Shown: positions 25,086 through 26,772 of the stretch, one piece after another
How positions within the stretch are numbered: position 1 is the first letter of the stretch
How the letters are laid out: each line of letters starts with the position of its first letter
Source of the DNA: Dehalococcoidia bacterium
Lineage (GTDB): Bacteria; Chloroflexota; Dehalococcoidia; SZUA-161; SpSt-899
DNA length: 26,772 nucleotides
Direction: 5' to 3'
NCBI GenBank assembly: GCA_023271515.1
Contig: JALPXQ010000008.1
Coordinates: 1-26,772, forward strand
Notes under the pieces: generated by a model
Seen by the model: only the letters and a program-made list of their open reading frames with translations
Database searches by the model: none
Told to the model about the DNA's origin: nothing
Made by a program: the position numbers and the translations under genes

Positions 25086-26772
25086 TCATTTCATCAGCAC
25101 CCGCTTTGTAAGGGTTTCTATCTCTCTAATATGCTCTTCTTCGCCTGGTTCAATGCCCTTTTTCTGCCGGTGGTATATTCCTTGGATTACATTCTCGATC
25201 TGTGCCTTGTCTTCCTCTTTTGCGTAGCCTTTCAGAGCCGAGAGATTCTTCAACATCTCAGTGTAATCGCCATATTTCGCAGCAAGCAGAACCAGGTCAG
25301 CACAGAAGAGCCTTGATTTTGTGAGATCGCCACTTGAGGAGCTTTTTTTCAGTGATTCGGTCAGTTGGACTTTCAAATACCCGGCAAGTGCTCTCTGGAG
25401 CTCGGCAGCGCTTTGATAGCGATCCTCTTTCCTCTTCTGGAGGCACTTCATAATAATCGGCTCAACATCTTTTGCCCGCGGGTTTATCTCGGAAGGCAGA
25501 TCAGGCTCCTCGCCTACTATTGCACTGCTGATCTCCATAATAGAATCGCCCTCAAATGGCAGCCTGCCGGTTACAAGCTCATAGAAGATCACTCCCACTT
25601 GATAGTTATCAGTCCTTGGGTCAGGTCGGCCGAACTGCTTCGGGGCAACCTGTTCCGGGGTTGCATACAGGGGTGAAAAGCCTGTTATGCTCGATGATTT
25701 GCTCTCTGCCACTACTTTGCTGAGTCCCCAGTCTGAGATTTTGGGGGTTAAATCCCCGGTGAGCAAGACGTTCTGCGGCTTTAAGTCTCGATGGATAACC
25801 CCTTTATCGTGCGCATATTTCAACCCCGAGAGGATTTCAAAGATGATCCTGGCTGCCTCTTCGGCCTCCACCGGCTTGCTCAATGCTTCAAGGTTCCCCT
25901 TGTCTGCATACTCCATCTCGAAATATGGGATAGGCATTATGTTTACATCGTACAGTTGGATGATGTTCTCGTGCCTTAGCTCTTCCCATGCCTTGATCTC
26001 CTTGAGGAAGCTTCTGCCAGTCGCCTCGTCCAGGCTCAGGGGGACCTTCAGCGCTACGGTTCTGCCGTCGCTTACCCTCTTTGCCCGGAAAACCCTCGCA
26101 AAGCCACCCTTGCTGATGTATTTCACATCCCTGTATTTAGGCTGAAGCTCTGCCGGGAAGGTGGAGGGGGTTGTTGGACGGGGGGTAAACTCTGCCGGTC
26201 TTATCTCTTCTATAGTTTCAGCTTCCCCAACACTCAGGATGAACTCATTTGTGGTATCGTATGCCTCGCCATCCAGGTCTTCATATCTTATATCAACCTC
26301 CAGAGGAATCTCTCCCGCATTCTTTGGCATGAGCATAATACCCAATCGCTGCTCATCTCCGATATTAAGGTTCAATTCCCTCAATCCCTTGACCTCTACT
26401 TCCTTTGAGAAGCTTAAGCTTATCGCTTTTGCATGTGCAGTCCCCGTATTCTTCAGGAGTATATCTACCTTCTCCCAGTAATTTGGTCTGAAGTTATGCT
26501 TTGTCAGGTGTAATGTAATCTCAGGCCTTGCGCCCGCTTTTAATGTTTTTGATTGCTCTATGGCATTCTTTGCAATAGTGATCCCCTCTTTATAATTGCC
26601 GGCAGAAACTGCTGATCTTGCTTGGTTCAATAGCTCTTCAGCTTCTGTAACCTCGCAGCCAAGCCTCTTTGCATCCCCTATCGCCGATTCTGCGGATTTT
26701 ATCTGGTTGTTTAGCTCATTGAAATCGGTCAATCTTCCTTCGATCCGTTCATTCGCTTCTTTTGCAATAGTG
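25086..26772 (-). CDS. Hanks-type Ser/Thr protein kinase paralog. Its N-terminus has a helical repeat and an Ig/CARDB-like beta-sandwich. The 5' end runs off the window.
   Basis: Kinase motifs are KGGFARVF, VALK, HRDLKPQNVLL, DWGLSK and YATPEQ. The C-terminal tail motif EDRYQS..EL is shared with kinase 1. The reading frame is open to the window end (TIAKEANERIEG... upstream of the annotated start). Confidence 0.85.
   Translation of the reverse strand, partial: TIAKEANERIEGRLTDFNELNNQIKSAESAIGDAKRLGCEVTEAEELLNQARSAVSAGNYKEGITIAKNAIEQSKTLKAGARPEITLHLTKHNFRPNYWEKVDILLKNTGTAHAKAISLSFSKEVEVKGLRELNLNIGDEQRLGIMLMPKNAGEIPLEVDIRYEDLDGEAYDTTNEFILSVGEAETIEEIRPAEFTPRPTTPSTFPAELQPKYRDVKYISKGGFARVFRAKRVSDGRTVALKVPLSLDEATGRSFLKEIKAWEELRHENIIQLYDVNIMPIPYFEMEYADKGNLEALSKPVEAEEAARIIFEILSGLKYAHDKGVIHRDLKPQNVLLTGDLTPKISDWGLSKVVAESKSSSITGFSPLYATPEQVAPKQFGRPDPRTDNYQVGVIFYELVTGRLPFEGDSIMEISSAIVGEEPDLPSEINPRAKDVEPIIMKCLQKRKEDRYQSAAELQRALAGYLKVQLTESLKKSSSSGDLTKSRLFCADLVLLAAKYGDYTEMLKNLSALKGYAKEEDKAQIENVIQGIYHRQKKGIEPGEEEHIREIETLTKRVLMK

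Overview
This is a 26.8 kb window that is most likely archaeal. The evidence is GGAGG-type Shine-Dalgarno sites, Vps4/ESCRT-III, HdrA and ADP-forming acetyl-CoA synthetase homologs, and roughly 52% GC.

Layout. (i) The plus strand from 1 to 3806 carries three consecutive energy-metabolism genes that all look broken. A GltD-like::HdrA-like fusion has a -1 frameshift in a G6 run. A crotonase has an in-frame TAG at a conserved Leu. An ADP-forming acetyl-CoA synthetase alpha gene is shredded by several frameshifts, an in-frame TGA and an internal deletion. (ii) The minus strand from 3793 to 26772 is a block of 18 co-directional predicted CDS that looks like an accessory island.

Content of the minus-strand block. 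There are two paralogous pairs of a MIT-domain AAA+ ATPase (Vps4/CdvC-like) with an ESCRT-III-like protein. There is a translationally coupled Hanks Ser/Thr kinase and PP2C phosphatase pair directly upstream of the first pair. There are two paralogous type-I membrane surface proteins, a 1011 aa CARDB/PKD adhesin with a perfect 369 bp tandem duplication, and a tightly coupled six-gene operon. That operon encodes a coiled-coil protein, a zinc-ribbon/Ig-like protein, a zinc-ribbon-SPFH-coiled-coil protein, a glycine-zipper mini-protein, a transglutaminase-like-TPR-Cdc48N-like protein and a small protein. A second Hanks kinase runs off the window edge.

Intergenic regions upstream of the ESCRT-like genes share a GGTTCACGGTTCA inverted-repeat element. 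I see no rRNA, tRNA, CRISPR array, integrase or transposase.

The most interesting hypothesis is a phospho-regulated ESCRT-like membrane-remodelling or trafficking system tied to specific surface proteins and an SPFH/Zn-ribbon/transglutaminase operon.
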